Shown: one piece after another, positions 47,674-59,230 of the stretch
Numbering within the stretch: the stretch's first letter is position 1
Layout of the letters: every line of letters starts with the position of its first letter
Assembly: GCA_977862235.1 (NCBI GenBank)
Contig: OZ374557.1
Location: 1,736,001-1,800,000, forward strand
Direction: 5' to 3'
DNA: 64,000 bases
DNA from: Dudresnaya verticillata
Taxonomy: Eukaryota
Program-made: the position numbers and the translations under genes
Notes under the pieces: generated by a model
Told to the model about the DNA's origin: nothing
What the model saw: the letters and a program-made list of their open reading frames with translations, nothing else
Databases searched by the model: none

Positions 47674-47763
47674 GGGTAACTATAAAATCAAGAGTTGATA
47701 GACTAAAGGAGTTAGAAAAACAAGAGGAATCTGGCATAATTGATCAATTACCGAAGAAAGAGG
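47674..47763 (+). pseudogene. rps2: NUPT fragment: ribosomal protein S2
   Basis: [29 protein letters not shown]. Confidence 0.85.
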
Positions 47764-47764
47764 A

Positions 47765-47810
47765 ACCCATTTTCCCTAATACAATCCCAGGTCTTGCAGT
47801 GTGAATATCT
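47765..47810 (-). pseudogene. rps3: NUPT fragment: ribosomal protein S3
   Basis: [12 protein letters not shown]. Confidence 0.85.
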
Positions 47811-47817
47811 ATTTATT

Positions 47818-47867
47818 ATAAACATATTTATGCTCAAATAATAGATGATATTAATCATAAAATATTA
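47818..47867 (+). pseudogene. rpl18: NUPT fragment: ribosomal protein L18
   Basis: KHIYAQIIDD. Confidence 0.8.
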
Positions 47868-47934
47868 AAAAAGATGTAAATACTATCCCTCCAATGCAAT
47901 AAAATATATTTACATGAGGCGGTACATATTTACT
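47868..47934 (-). pseudogene. petB: NUPT fragment: cytochrome b6
   Basis: [22 protein letters not shown]. Confidence 0.93.
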
Positions 47935-48010
47935 GCAAAAATCTGTCTTGCTGTTCTGCTTGTGCAATAGTTGAGATTGATGCTGTTCGGTAAAGTTGCG
48001 GTCGCGCTAT
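47935..48010 (-). pseudogene. apcE: NUPT fragment: phycobilisome core-membrane linker
   Basis: [24 protein letters not shown]. Confidence 0.9.
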
Positions 48011-48100
48011 CAGTCTATTACAATAACCGGTGCTTCAACTTTGCCGAGAGAAGAAGTCGAAAGGCTTGTTGAAGAAGCAGAGCAAAATTCCGATATTGAT
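48011..48100 (+). pseudogene. dnaK: NUPT fragment: plastid Hsp70
   Basis: [26 protein letters not shown]. Confidence 0.9.
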
Positions 48101-48121
48101 GATAATCCATTATATACCGTC

Positions 48122-48226
48122 AATAAAAATAAAGAATCACAGGCATTACATGGTTTATCAAGAACGATTGTAAATAATATGGTAATAGGTACATCAGAGG
48201 GGTTTAACAAAAAACTAGAAATTCAG
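48122..48226 (+). pseudogene. rpl6: NUPT fragment: ribosomal protein L6
   Basis: [28 protein letters not shown]. Confidence 0.9.
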
Positions 48227-48571
48227 ATGACGCTTTATACAAAGAATTAAATATAGTACTTTTATTAATAGAAGATATTCTATTTTTTGTATTTGCACCT
48301 TCTGTCTGAATTATATCTACACCTATTCTTTTTAACTTAACTGCTAACTGAATTTGTTCATTTAATAATAAATGATGAGGAATAGTAACACAAATATTTG
48401 CATCATTTAACAATAACCTTGTTTCTTTCGCTAAATTTATAATTTGCTTATCAGAAAAAATCATTTTTTGTTTGTAAAAAGAATCAAAATTCCCTATCTC
48501 TACCATATCAGCACCTGAAAATATGCATTTATATAACGCAATAGGATTAATTGAAGAAACACATATTGGCA
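48227..48571 (-). pseudogene. ycf23: NUPT fragment: Ycf23 (DUF561)
   Basis: PICVSS...GADMVEIGNFDSFY...VTIPH...DIIQTEG. Confidence 0.88.
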
Positions 48572-48610
48572 AATATGTTAATTATTTAACCTTCATTACT
48601 ATCTTTTACG

Positions 48611-48782
48611 ACCTTTTACCTCTTTTTACTTGTTCGGTAGTTAATGTCACAGTTTTACCAGATTCTTCTAATGTCACTGTTCTTGTATTCTCATCTAATT
48701 CTATTGCATATACATTATTTATACATATTCCGCATAAGAGAATAGTTGAGGCACAAAATCGCCATATATTTTTTGTTAGCAT
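48611..48782 (-). pseudogene. psbV: NUPT fragment: cytochrome c550 5' end, probably with upstream AT-rich DNA
   Basis: Signal-peptide-like MLTKNIWRF...VYA followed by IELDENTRTV...EQVKRGKR. Confidence 0.88.
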
Positions 48783-49060
48783 AATTATTACCTAATATAT
48801 TTTTGTTTAGTTATTTAATAATATTTAGTGAATACATGAAAAACTGTATATAACTTAAATATATAATTTATAATAAAACGTTATTGTTTTATCTTTTTGT
48901 TATATATTAATAAATAAATGTAGATATTTATAATAGTTGAAACTACATATTGCATTATCATTATTGTAGTTTGACTTTTCAAGCAAATATCTTTATTCAA
49001 ATTTTCTTAATATATAAGATTGATCAAGAATTACAATGGAGAAATATACGTCTTGGGATG

Positions 49061-49300
49061 ACAGAAGAAGCAGCAGAAGCATTAAAAATTACAGCTTCGG
49101 ATTTAAAAATTTTAGGTATAATTGATACAGTTATAAAAGAACCTATTGGTGGTTCACAGGCTGACCCAGTAAAAGCTGCCTTTATGTTAAAACAACAATT
49201 AATATCAGAATTAAAGCCACTAAAAACATTAACAGGTAAACAAAGGAAAGAGTTAAGATATCAAAAATTTCGCAAAATGGGTACTTTTTACGAAGTTTGA
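49061..49300 (+). pseudogene. accA: NUPT fragment: acetyl-CoA carboxylase carboxyltransferase alpha, C-terminus
   Basis: AAEALKITASDLKILGIIDTVIKEPIGG...RYQKFRKMG. Confidence 0.92.
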
Positions 49301-50171
49301 TATGCTTAATCTATATTTATAAATGTTGTGTCACCCCATGGGGTGTGCACAGAAACCCATGGGTTTCTGTCAGGTGCACCTCACACACCCCAATCTCCTC
49401 TTGCAGCCAACCAGCCATCGCATCAGTTACACCGGATTGATCCAATTTCGATTGATCTGAGCGACAACTCAAAACTGCAGATCCGCAGGCGCCAGAATTC
49501 TGCACATACTGTACTGTACCCCCTCATCAGTCGGGAATCGAGACACACTGACGGATCAGGACGTCTCCACCTACCACTTCCTGTTCCATTTCCGAGTCAT
49601 TCCCTTGCAAACAACACTTCAAGCTCGCTAACCGCGGGTCCCTGGCCTATTCAAAGCGTCCATCGCTTTGCGTGCCGCGCGGCCATAGGACTCGCGTGCT
49701 CCGGAAGGTACCACGGCCGGGAGAGCGCTGATGCCCACGTGTAGCGTACGAAGATCCCAAGATCGCACAATAACTGACGTTACTATTGTTCTCTTCCCCG
49801 TGAAAGCTGTGCAAACGTCTTGGCAAACAGTCGCAGCCGCAATTTTCCCTGGACCGCGGTGTCCGGAACATTGGGCAACTGTGCACAAACTGTACAGCAA
49901 CCACTGCGTCTGTGTAATCCTGTTTCTTTACGGTGGCAAACAGCCTGCAAATACCCTACTATTACTTGTTACTTTGACACAAAGGCCTCGTCGGGGTACC
50001 CAACGTTTGCAAATCGGTGCGACTCGACCTATTCGTATCGCGTAGGTTTGCGAAGATAGGAGCCGTTTCTTTTTCTTGTGCGCGTGGGTGGCGGCAATCA
50101 CCCCAGACTCAAAGGTTTCTGTATCTTAAGATACATTTCGGATTTCAGGCGCAGCTTGTCAGGGCACAAAA

Positions 50172-53100
50172 GTGCACGTGCTGCGTTCCACACGTTTGTT
50201 GTACAATTGCGTCTGGATACTAATAGAGCATCTTAGGATGGATGGGAGGGGAAATGGAGATGCAACACCCGTCCTGCAGCAAAACACCGTAAGACTATCT
50301 GCTTCGGCTTTGCAAGCCATGAGGAAGCGAGGTGCACGGCTATCGCAAGAGCTCAAGGAGATCGGCCGAAACGATATTCTGTCGACGAAAGCCCCTAAGC
50401 AGCAGTCTTCGTATGCTCAGTTAACCGCTTTGACGATCTCGGACCTCAAGGCTGCTCGTCAAGATCTCCCAAGCTATCCCTCTCAACATCATGAGAGCTA
50501 TCGTACTGAAGAGGGCAACCAGATTGGAAACAAGAGGAGGAGAACGGATCCCTTCTACATATCATTGGCCCACGGCCCAGAGCGGAATTGCGAAGGCGCT
50601 GAGGAGCAGGGGCCGCCTCGTGCAGGTTTTCAAGTTTATCACCCTGAACAGGGAGCAAGGGCTCATCCAATTGGGGTTTCTGCAGGTCCCGCGTGGCTAC
50701 ACGGCTTCCGCGCCGACGGACCCCAGACTCGCAGCAGAAATATGGCGGAAATTTTCGCTGGATTTCCGGCGTGGGCAGGCCTTAATCAGAAACATAACAG
50801 GGCGAACCCTAACGATCCCGTAAACCCATCGCACCCTGGTAATGACAACTACATCAAAGGTGTGTTGGAAGAGATTCGAAAATTGCGAAGTGAGGAATCT
50901 TTGAAGGAGAAGCCTGCCCCAAAGCCCAGACGCTCCCGTTTTAAACGCAATGCCGCTGCCCTACAAGAGAAGTGCTGTGGGAATCTTCAAGAAATGCGTA
51001 ACGGTGTGTTGGGGTATGGGTTCGGGAATCAGGGATTCGACATAGAAGTGCCGGAGTCGGATAATGAAGATATGCACACCACGGGCCTTCAAGACACGCC
51101 TCTTTGTTCGAGAACTGGTATTTCGACAGAGAACGGTACAGTGGATGACGTTCATGGATTCCGTCGTCAAATTGAAAGTTGTATTGCCCCAAACAACGAC
51201 AATCATGCGTCCTCAGCTTATGGAAAGAACGGAGAATTTAGTCTCGAACAGAAGCAAGTCAAACATTCTATGCAGAAAACGCAACGAAGGAAAGACAAAG
51301 AAGCTGACGCTAAGCTTGACGTCGACCTAGAGATACTCCATGCTACAGCAACATTTCCTTCCGTAGATCCGCGGCTGGTGACTGGGTTCAATAAGAGCAT
51401 ATGGAGCGTTACGTTGGATGAAGACTCCTGGCTGGACCACTTCCTGACGGTCAATCAACCTCTAATGCTTCGGGAAACCTCTGATGCGAAAGACATTGAC
51501 GCGTATAGTGATCATCTCAAGGTCTTTTTGTGCCTTGAATTGAATTACTTGATCCGACAGGCATTGGAGACGAAGTTTCCAATAATTCGAGCAACTCTTG
51601 AGGGGGCTCCGATGGAAGACTTCCTTGACATGCTACGCAGAAAGGAAGCGACAATGTTCAAATTCCATATAGATGGGGCCCAGCCATCACGTTTGCTGGT
51701 CAATTTTAGATGCACCAGTGCCGACCTATCTCTTAACAAGAAGCTAGTAGACGAAGTGGCTGGAATGACATTATGCGTTGGGTTCATCAGGAACACTGCT
51801 GCGATGGAAATGCCGAGGAAAGACTCATCCTTGGTGATGTTTCTTTGTCGTAGTCTCACGTATGAAAGATAGGATATTGACGATATGGGAATGGAAAGCC
51901 AGGTCTTGTCTGTTTCTGCGCGAATATGCGGCAACCGCCGCTTTCTTGACAGGTGGTCCCCGGGAAAAGGGGACACAATCTACATGCATCCACTGGATTC
52001 TCTTGTGGCATTCTATCGGATGTTCCGTGCAGTACACAACGTATGCCGAGCACCACTACGCCTGTTGGAGTACCTTTTCGGATCTGAATTCCCGCAAGGG
52101 TCTGGAAAGGAGTGCGGGAAGGGTTCTTCCACTCCGCGTATTGTATGCCGGTCCGATGTTTTGAACGGAGACTTGGAGAGTTCAGCCGATCCGGGATGTG
52201 TACAATACCTCAAAACCATCGGCGATACTTGCAATGCATCGCAGAAGAATGCGGTCCTGATGGCTGTAAGAGAGATGGGAGATCTCCCCCCGCTTTCCTC
52301 GTCGTTTTGTCAGATTGTCGGGCCACCAGGAACGGGTAAGACCACCACAGTAGCAACTATGGTGGCGACATTACTGCACCACTCCTCTGCTGGTCATATT
52401 TACGAGGGCGCACAGCAGCATAATCTACTTCATTGGAACGATGGGCACACTCGCACTAGCAATAATCATCGGGGTTTGCGAATTCTCGCGTGTTGCAGCT
52501 CTAATCAAGCCGTTGATAATGTCACAAGGAAGCTTAAGATGGGAATGACGGATGGTAAGGGTGGAAGAATTGTGCCCGAGATTGTTCGGATCGCATGTCA
52601 GCGCTACAGGTACGAAGACTTACTGGATGTGTCTTTGAACGAAAAATCTTTGGTCTTTGATCGTGAGATATTCGACAAAGAACACCCTGTACAGGATGAT
52701 GAAATACCGGTGAGCAATATCGCATCGAAGAAGGCGCGAAGGGCGATGGCGCGTGAATGCTTGGTGCTTTTAACAACGCTAAGTACTGCTGCAAGTTCCG
52801 TCCTACACGACTTGAAGGTCCCGATTGACGTGGTGATTCTCGATGAAGGTGCCAACTCTACCGAGGCTGAGTGCCTGATACCCGTTGCTGCTGCTGCAAA
52901 AATGACGAAGAAGGGTACCGGTCGTCTGCATGTCTTTGTGGTCGGAGATCACAAGCAGTTGCCGTCCGTCTTGCTCTCACAACATGCTGTAGGCTCTTTC
53001 CTTTCGAGTAACAAACAGTTTGTCTACAGGTTGCCATACAAACTACAGATACGCTCGCTTCTCGAACGAATGGTTGATCGCTATCGCTGCCCAGTGGCGT

Positions 53101-53891
53101 GGCTTTGTCGCCAGTACCGGACACACCCTGCTATTGCAGTAATACAAAGCAGAATGGTGTATGGAAACCTCATTTCGCACCCCGACTCCACTCAGCCCTA
53201 CTTGGCTCCTTACAACAGTGGAAACAGCAGCTTCTCACCCTTCACATTTATTGATACCTCGAAGAGCAGGGATCGCTTTGAGACGATCACCGGAGGTGGA
53301 ACGTTTTTGAACAACTTCGAAGTCAAACAGGTAAACTCAGTTCTGCAACGATTGTGGGTAATTGCGATGCACTCTCAGGGAAATGGAGGTCGGGGTGTTG
53401 ATGAACTGTGCGGGGAAATTGTGATCACTGCACCTTATCGCTCGCAGGTTGAAAACTTAAGGGAATATTTGTATTGTGGTGACGGGTTCCTATCTAATCC
53501 TGCGAAAAGGAGAAGTTTCGATGTTCTCATTGAATCCGTGGATGCTCTGCAAGGTCTGGAACGCAGTATCGTTATCGTATCATTGACTAGAAGCAACTTG
53601 CGCGGAGACATAGGCTTTCTCAAGGACTTTCGGCGGATCAATGTAGCAACGAGCCGTGCGAAGAAGTTGTTGATTCTCATTGGGGATACCACAACTGTTT
53701 CTCATAAGAGCCGTCTCCTATCTGGTTTCTGGGATGCTTGTCTGCAGAAGGCTGATGGGACCCGGGCAGAATTTGTTGCTCCAGATCGCGGTAGAAGGGA
53801 TCTGCAACGATGCAAGGAGATCGCTGACATGCAAAAAGTGGTTCGCAGGCGCAGTGGGTACAACCTAAGATCTTCTGCTCATAACTGCTGA
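50172..53891 (+). pseudogene. Upf1/Sen1 (DNA2/NAM7)-like superfamily 1 helicase with a long N-terminal extension; one in-frame TAG at 51870-51872
   Basis: 50172..51872 and 51885..53891 are in the same frame; NASQ, GPPGTGKT, SNQAVD, ILDEGA, VGDHKQLP, QYRTHP, PYRSQV, VDALQGLE, RRINVATSRAK. Confidence 0.9.
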
Positions 53892-55165
53892 TCAGCAGTA
53901 CCTCGAGGTAGAGGGGCTGAAACCGGAATGGGCCAGACATTATCCTGCACGGCGCACCGTTGTAATGTGGGCAGTTTCTTGTCGAGATTTGCTCCGGCCG
54001 AGATTCGTGAGTACCAGTACAGCGCATTACAAGTGACAGGTGATGATGTAGCATTCACCCTCCTCTGTGTCTGTAAATACGTTTCCTGAGACAGAATTGT
54101 CTGTGCGTGATTGTCTTGAGGCAAACAGGCCTGTTATTTCATATTGGCAGACCTTTCTACCCAACATATCTTCATTACAAGGCACGGCTTTCCCAACTTC
54201 GATGCATCGGCACGCATGCTGCCAGCAACCCTTACTTAAACCATTATTTTAGAGGCTTGCGTGTTAAAATAAGTCTATTTTACAGAGAGCGCTACAAATG
54301 GTATTCGAGAACAAGGGTGTGCGAAAAGGCATTATTACAGACAAAATGGGTCGAAGTTCTTCAGTATGGAAAACATATTTTCGTGCTCATGCTAATTAAT
54401 ACAAGCATGAATAATACGTCTACATTCTTCATTCGATGATCAATTGATGCTGTGATCTGGCATGCCAGCTGCAGCTGCCCGTATTTCCGGCGTACCGTCT
54501 CGACTTCCGTCTCGAGACGGCATCCTTGATCCCCGGACAACTTTTCAGTCGTGGATCGGGACCGAGATGATCACCATGCTGCGAATTCGCAATTAACCGA
54601 ACCAGCGCTCGTGCGAACCAGGGCTCATGATTAACTTTCCTATTTCGACCTATTTCCTCTTGTACTTTACCCTCCTGATTGCTCTTCTCTTTTCTCTGCG
54701 GTGATCGTTTCGAAAGTGTCCGTTCGTGCGGCAGAAACCAACTTTTACCTCGTTTACTGCGACTTGACCAATTGCCCTGGTTGTACCTGTGTGTGCATGC
54801 GCAAGCCGCTGTGCTGCAAGCGCGACGAGGGATCCGCTTTGTATCTATTTTCCATCCTGTCATCTCTAGCTACCGGGTAGACACGTCTAAGTGTACGTAT
54901 GCGGTACGTGTGCGCCCTGTGGACCATCCGCTCTGACTTTTCTCGAATACCCTTGTTGGTCGGCTCAAGTCGTACATTATGGAATTGCCGTACTGAGATC
55001 TCAAGCAATCTCTAGCTAACGACGCTAGCGTCGACGCTAATACCAGTGAAACTCCAATTTCAACGTAGAAGCGACCGCTCGAAAGTTCAGTAATTTCGAA
55101 GATCCTGACCAGACAGCTTTCATTCACCGCCGATTCAACATCGACTTCCAGGTCACCTATCTGAA

Positions 55166-57235
55166 ATGGACACAGCGGATGTTCTCCTACCTTGCTTGCG
55201 CCATATAAGTGGGCATGAGTGCAGCGAGGGTATCCCTTCTAGTTTATCGCCGGTTGTTTCTACCTTGAATACGATTATTCAATGCGCGAAGTGGGTAGAG
55301 GAGACTTCTAAGATTTCGCAACAGCATGGAAGAGTTAAGGTTCTAGTCTGCGTGAAAGCGTTTGGTACGGTTCATGGGGACGAACTCGAACCGGAATCTG
55401 AAGGTCAGAAAACTGCAAAAGGTACAAAAGGAAAAGTCTTTCCTCTCTGGGGGTTATCGGGTGTTGATATTCCTTCCCTTCAGTCGAAAGAGAAAGGTGA
55501 TGCAATTCAAGAAAATCATGTGACAGAAGGTCAACATAATGACTGTAATCGCTCAGTTCGCCCGCCTCCCAAGGGAGCTACTCGCGAGCCTCCCACTCAA
55601 AATGGGGAGCCTCTTCGGGGTGAAACTCTCATTGGTAATACTGCACCAGTCAATATACTAAGTGCACTAGATGATTCAGGAATGGGTACAATCTGCGCTG
55701 CAGCGCAGAAAGAAAACACTCAAGAACTGCGGAGATATGAATGTAATTCTCCGGGCGAGAAACCTACTGTGCATGCCTCTAGTACATGGCTTGACAGACG
55801 ACAAGTTTCACCTCCATCTGCTTCTAAGGTGACCGAGCATGATATACAACGTACCATGGGCACTGCAGTGGACAAAGTCGGGTTTCGGCCCGCTGACCTT
55901 AATCTAGAGGTTCCAGTCGAATTCTCTGCACAGTGTACATCTCTTCTGCTAGATGCTGGTGGTCATGTAACACATCCGTTGATGAAAAAATACTACAGCT
56001 ACAAAGACCTTCATGTAAATGAGTTGGTCCGGGCTGTGCAAAAGTGGAGGGATTTAGAGCTAAAACGGTTCTCAAATGGCACTTCTCCTGCGGAGGGAGG
56101 AAAAGACGGGATGTCATTGGAAGAGGGATCGGCTTCTGGGGAGCTCGTTTACAACTCTCTCATACCCGAGAACATCAGGGGGAAAGTCGTGAAAATAAGG
56201 ACAGTTTCTTTTTCACCGTGGTTAGACAGCATCGGAAAGATACGAGAGTACGAGGAACTAGGATCACTTCGCGTGAAGATGGAGATTAAGAAGCCAGATA
56301 GGAATACCAAGACGCAAAATGTTGCTGTCCTTTGCACTAACCTCATGGCTACTGGGATGACTGGAAGTGCCGGTAAGGCATTGATTGAGATCGCCAGGGA
56401 AGGACTTCACTTCCAGAAGTCGTGTCTTATTTGGCGGATTAACACAAAAGGTGCGAGAAACAGGCAAAAACAGAACGAGAAGGAGCCAGCAAACGGAAAT
56501 GATGGGATTGTCGGAAGACAGAGAAAAAGGGTTCGTCAATCGCGAACTCGAGTTGAATTAACCACCGCTGAAAGACCGACTGTTTATGGAGGTCCTGGTA
56601 GCTGTTCTTGGCGTCAAAGGCCGGTTTCTGCCTTTATCTCAACCGTAGACGGGAAGGAAATCGTCGTCGGGCATGGAGAAATTCACCCTGAGATTTTATT
56701 CTTCAAAGGAGGAAGGGTTGTTGATGGTGACATCGTTGCTCGGTTTTCTAGTGTCTCGCAAGTTGCTAGGGCCTCGGAATCAACTACTCTACGAAACTGT
56801 GACTTTGAAGCTATCCTTTGGAAGAAGGATGCGATAAAGAGGGTCTCGGTTAAAGGACCGTACACTGCAGATGATGGGACACCAGGGCCTTTTTTGGGAA
56901 CAGCACTGCTAGTCAATGAAAAACCATGGGAGCAACAAGATATGGAAAGTTTTGCACCCGGAAGGAAGAAGAAGAGGGCTTCCAGCATAACGCAAGGAGG
57001 GAAATTTCAGATGAACATTTCGAGGGCAGTGACGTTGTGTGACCTTGGGGTTAATTCACAGGCGGGCGGATCTGCAACCTTTCTGTACCCGTATGCAGAC
57101 TGGTATGAGCTCCGGTCTTGTCATCATTTGCTGGGCCACCACTTTTTGAGGAAATCTGTTCCCTTGCATCTTGAAGAACTTACGGATAAGACGGTTGTTC
57201 AATTCCTTTGGGATGCTAGGCAGATCACAAGATGA
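55166..57235 (+). CDS. Hypothetical protein, 689 aa
   Basis: Long uninterrupted ATG-initiated ORF; no domain recognised. Confidence 0.65.
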   Translation: MDTADVLLPCLRHISGHECSEGIPSSLSPVVSTLNTIIQCAKWVEETSKISQQHGRVKVLVCVKAFGTVHGDELEPESEGQKTAKGTKGKVFPLWGLSGVDIPSLQSKEKGDAIQENHVTEGQHNDCNRSVRPPPKGATREPPTQNGEPLRGETLIGNTAPVNILSALDDSGMGTICAAAQKENTQELRRYECNSPGEKPTVHASSTWLDRRQVSPPSASKVTEHDIQRTMGTAVDKVGFRPADLNLEVPVEFSAQCTSLLLDAGGHVTHPLMKKYYSYKDLHVNELVRAVQKWRDLELKRFSNGTSPAEGGKDGMSLEEGSASGELVYNSLIPENIRGKVVKIRTVSFSPWLDSIGKIREYEELGSLRVKMEIKKPDRNTKTQNVAVLCTNLMATGMTGSAGKALIEIAREGLHFQKSCLIWRINTKGARNRQKQNEKEPANGNDGIVGRQRKRVRQSRTRVELTTAERPTVYGGPGSCSWRQRPVSAFISTVDGKEIVVGHGEIHPEILFFKGGRVVDGDIVARFSSVSQVARASESTTLRNCDFEAILWKKDAIKRVSVKGPYTADDGTPGPFLGTALLVNEKPWEQQDMESFAPGRKKKRASSITQGGKFQMNISRAVTLCDLGVNSQAGGSATFLYPYADWYELRSCHHLLGHHFLRKSVPLHLEELTDKTVVQFLWDARQITR

Positions 57236-57582
57236 AGACGGGTATCCGTTTCAGGAAATCAGACTGCGTAAGCTACACACGCAGCTTAAGCTCAATAACA
57301 AGATTTTTAGCTTTGGCTGGAAAGGAGCATCTCCCAGGCATTCTGGTGGCAATCATACACTTCACATCCACTGTGGTCGGAAAACCATTTTCCCGGGCTA
57401 AAGTGCCTGAGAACTTGTATTTGTTGGTACAGATGTACTGGATTTAATCAACTAAAGTCCGGGCTTAATGATTCAGCCGAATAATTCACAAGCCTTCGTT
57501 TCAGATCGTTTACAAACTTCAAGTTCTCGACACAATGCGGCCGTTGACATGGTGCAATGGCAGGCCAGCACTCCGGACGGGG

Positions 57583-57831
57583 TGTAATCGAACGAAGGAC
57601 TAACTGCAATCTATTTCTTGAAATCGACTGCAGCCGCATGATAGAGGTAAGCCTGAGTGTGGGTGACACAAAGGTTTATTGGTAAGAATCTGATGACTAT
57701 GATAGCGGAGTGGCGCGGGTACTGTGTCCCTTGATATAGGGTTCGGTCCCACGCTCGTCGAGGGATCCGGCGTCGTCCGTACCGACGGTGCTAGCCTATC
57801 TTACAGTACATAACTTACACTACCCGTTACA
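57583..57831 (-). repeat. Putative 3' LTR of the Copia element (249 bp)
   Basis: tgtaa...ttaca ends; minus-strand PPT gggaggggtgaa (57832-57843) abuts it; AATAAA on the minus strand at ~57675-57680; partner LTR not in the window. Confidence 0.7.
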
Positions 57832-58312
57832 TTCACCCCTCCCAAACTTAGGAAAAATATGCCAATGCGTGCAGTACCGGCAAATTCGCCTACGGTGGCC
57901 GAGGAGTGTGTGAGTACTTGCACATATATATAGCTATAGCTGCCCGCCTAAACCGCTCGAGCGCAGCCTGGTCATCACTCTGGAGCCGTGTTGCTGCGTC
58001 TGCGTCCCTCGTTCCCGTTGGTGTGCAGCCGTGTCTCAAGTACGGTGTCAACTGCGCACTGGAGTGCGCCGGAGCGCCGTTTCTCCTACGGGTTACTGTG
58101 CGGTGCGCTTGTACACTGCGTACACTACTGTACCGAATTCCCGGTATACCGGTATAGCGTGCGCCATTTTTGTGCTGCGTGGCGGAGCCCTCAGGCTACT
58201 TCGTGAACCTGGTCAGTATCCCTTTTGCTCTTCGGACGATATTGGGCTTCTGTAAGGGGGAACAACCAACCGTGAGGAGGACGCGCGATCTGCATTGCAG
58301 TAACCGACAGCG

Positions 58313-59230
58313 ATGGCGCAGGGCACTGTGGAAAGCGTGCCTGGTGTCCCGTGGGAGTTCGAAGCAATTCTTGTGGGTGATGGCTCCAAGGGCAGTGGGG
58401 AAAACGGAAAACGCTTGCTTGACGGTTGTGTGTACGCTTCTGCGAAGATGACGGGTGGTCACGAAAATTTCCACACCATTGATCCAGAGTCTATTTTGCT
58501 GTTGTATCGCGGAGAAGTTGGCTTCAAGTTCCCAACGCTGGCGTTGGACAGGTCGCGGAACAATTATCCAAGACAGTGTGTCCTAACCGAAGAGGACCTT
58601 AACTGGAATGTCGGACAGGAGTGGGACGACAATCTTGTCGACTGTCTGCTGTGCTTCTGCAGACGCAATAAGGGCGTTGCAGTTCTGCTTGGCGGTCCCG
58701 GTGCGCGTAATGAGAACGCATCGTTGGTTCAGCATCATTACCGAGAGGCAAACCGTGTATTTGCGCGGAGCAATCTCATGTCCTGTGCTCGGGCTTCAGT
58801 CGTGAATGCTGTTACTTGTCTCGGCGGGATTGAGATGGGTCTCAAGGTGCAAGAGAAATTGAAGGACATGCCACAGCATATTTGCAAGCTGGGTCAGCTT
58901 GGTCCATTGATTCACCAGTTGGGTGAAGGGCTCACTATTGTGGGCTTATCCAAAAACGTGAAGAAGGAAATGAGGAAGGATGGGTTTAGTTGGATAACTA
59001 ACCAAGACAGGGGTGTGTGGCTTGTGAGGTTGTGTGATCCTCCGTCGATGGATCATTGCGTTGTAGTCGATTCAGGAAGAAGTCTCATCTGGGACTCGGA
59101 AGAAGAGTGGCCCGTGAAGTTGTCCAAGGTTACCTTGAACATGTGTGCCGGTAATGCTTCCAAGAAATTGCATGTGGGAGAAGTGTATGAGTTGAAGGCA
59201 CAATTATTGGGGAAGCGTAGACGTAGTTAA
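58313..59230 (+). CDS. Antisense accessory ORF of the Copia element; putative papain-like cysteine peptidase fold
   Basis: 305-aa intact ORF between pol and the PPT; SCARASVVNA ... HCVVVD ... IWDS; stop overlaps the pol stop at 59227-59230. Confidence 0.6.
   Translation: MAQGTVESVPGVPWEFEAILVGDGSKGSGENGKRLLDGCVYASAKMTGGHENFHTIDPESILLLYRGEVGFKFPTLALDRSRNNYPRQCVLTEEDLNWNVGQEWDDNLVDCLLCFCRRNKGVAVLLGGPGARNENASLVQHHYREANRVFARSNLMSCARASVVNAVTCLGGIEMGLKVQEKLKDMPQHICKLGQLGPLIHQLGEGLTIVGLSKNVKKEMRKDGFSWITNQDRGVWLVRLCDPPSMDHCVVVDSGRSLIWDSEEEWPVKLSKVTLNMCAGNASKKLHVGEVYELKAQLLGKRRRS

Noticed and set aside
47996..48250. 84-aa ORF read as a dnaK-rpl6 fusion gene
   Set aside because: Chance in-frame junction of NUPT fragments; no ATG start
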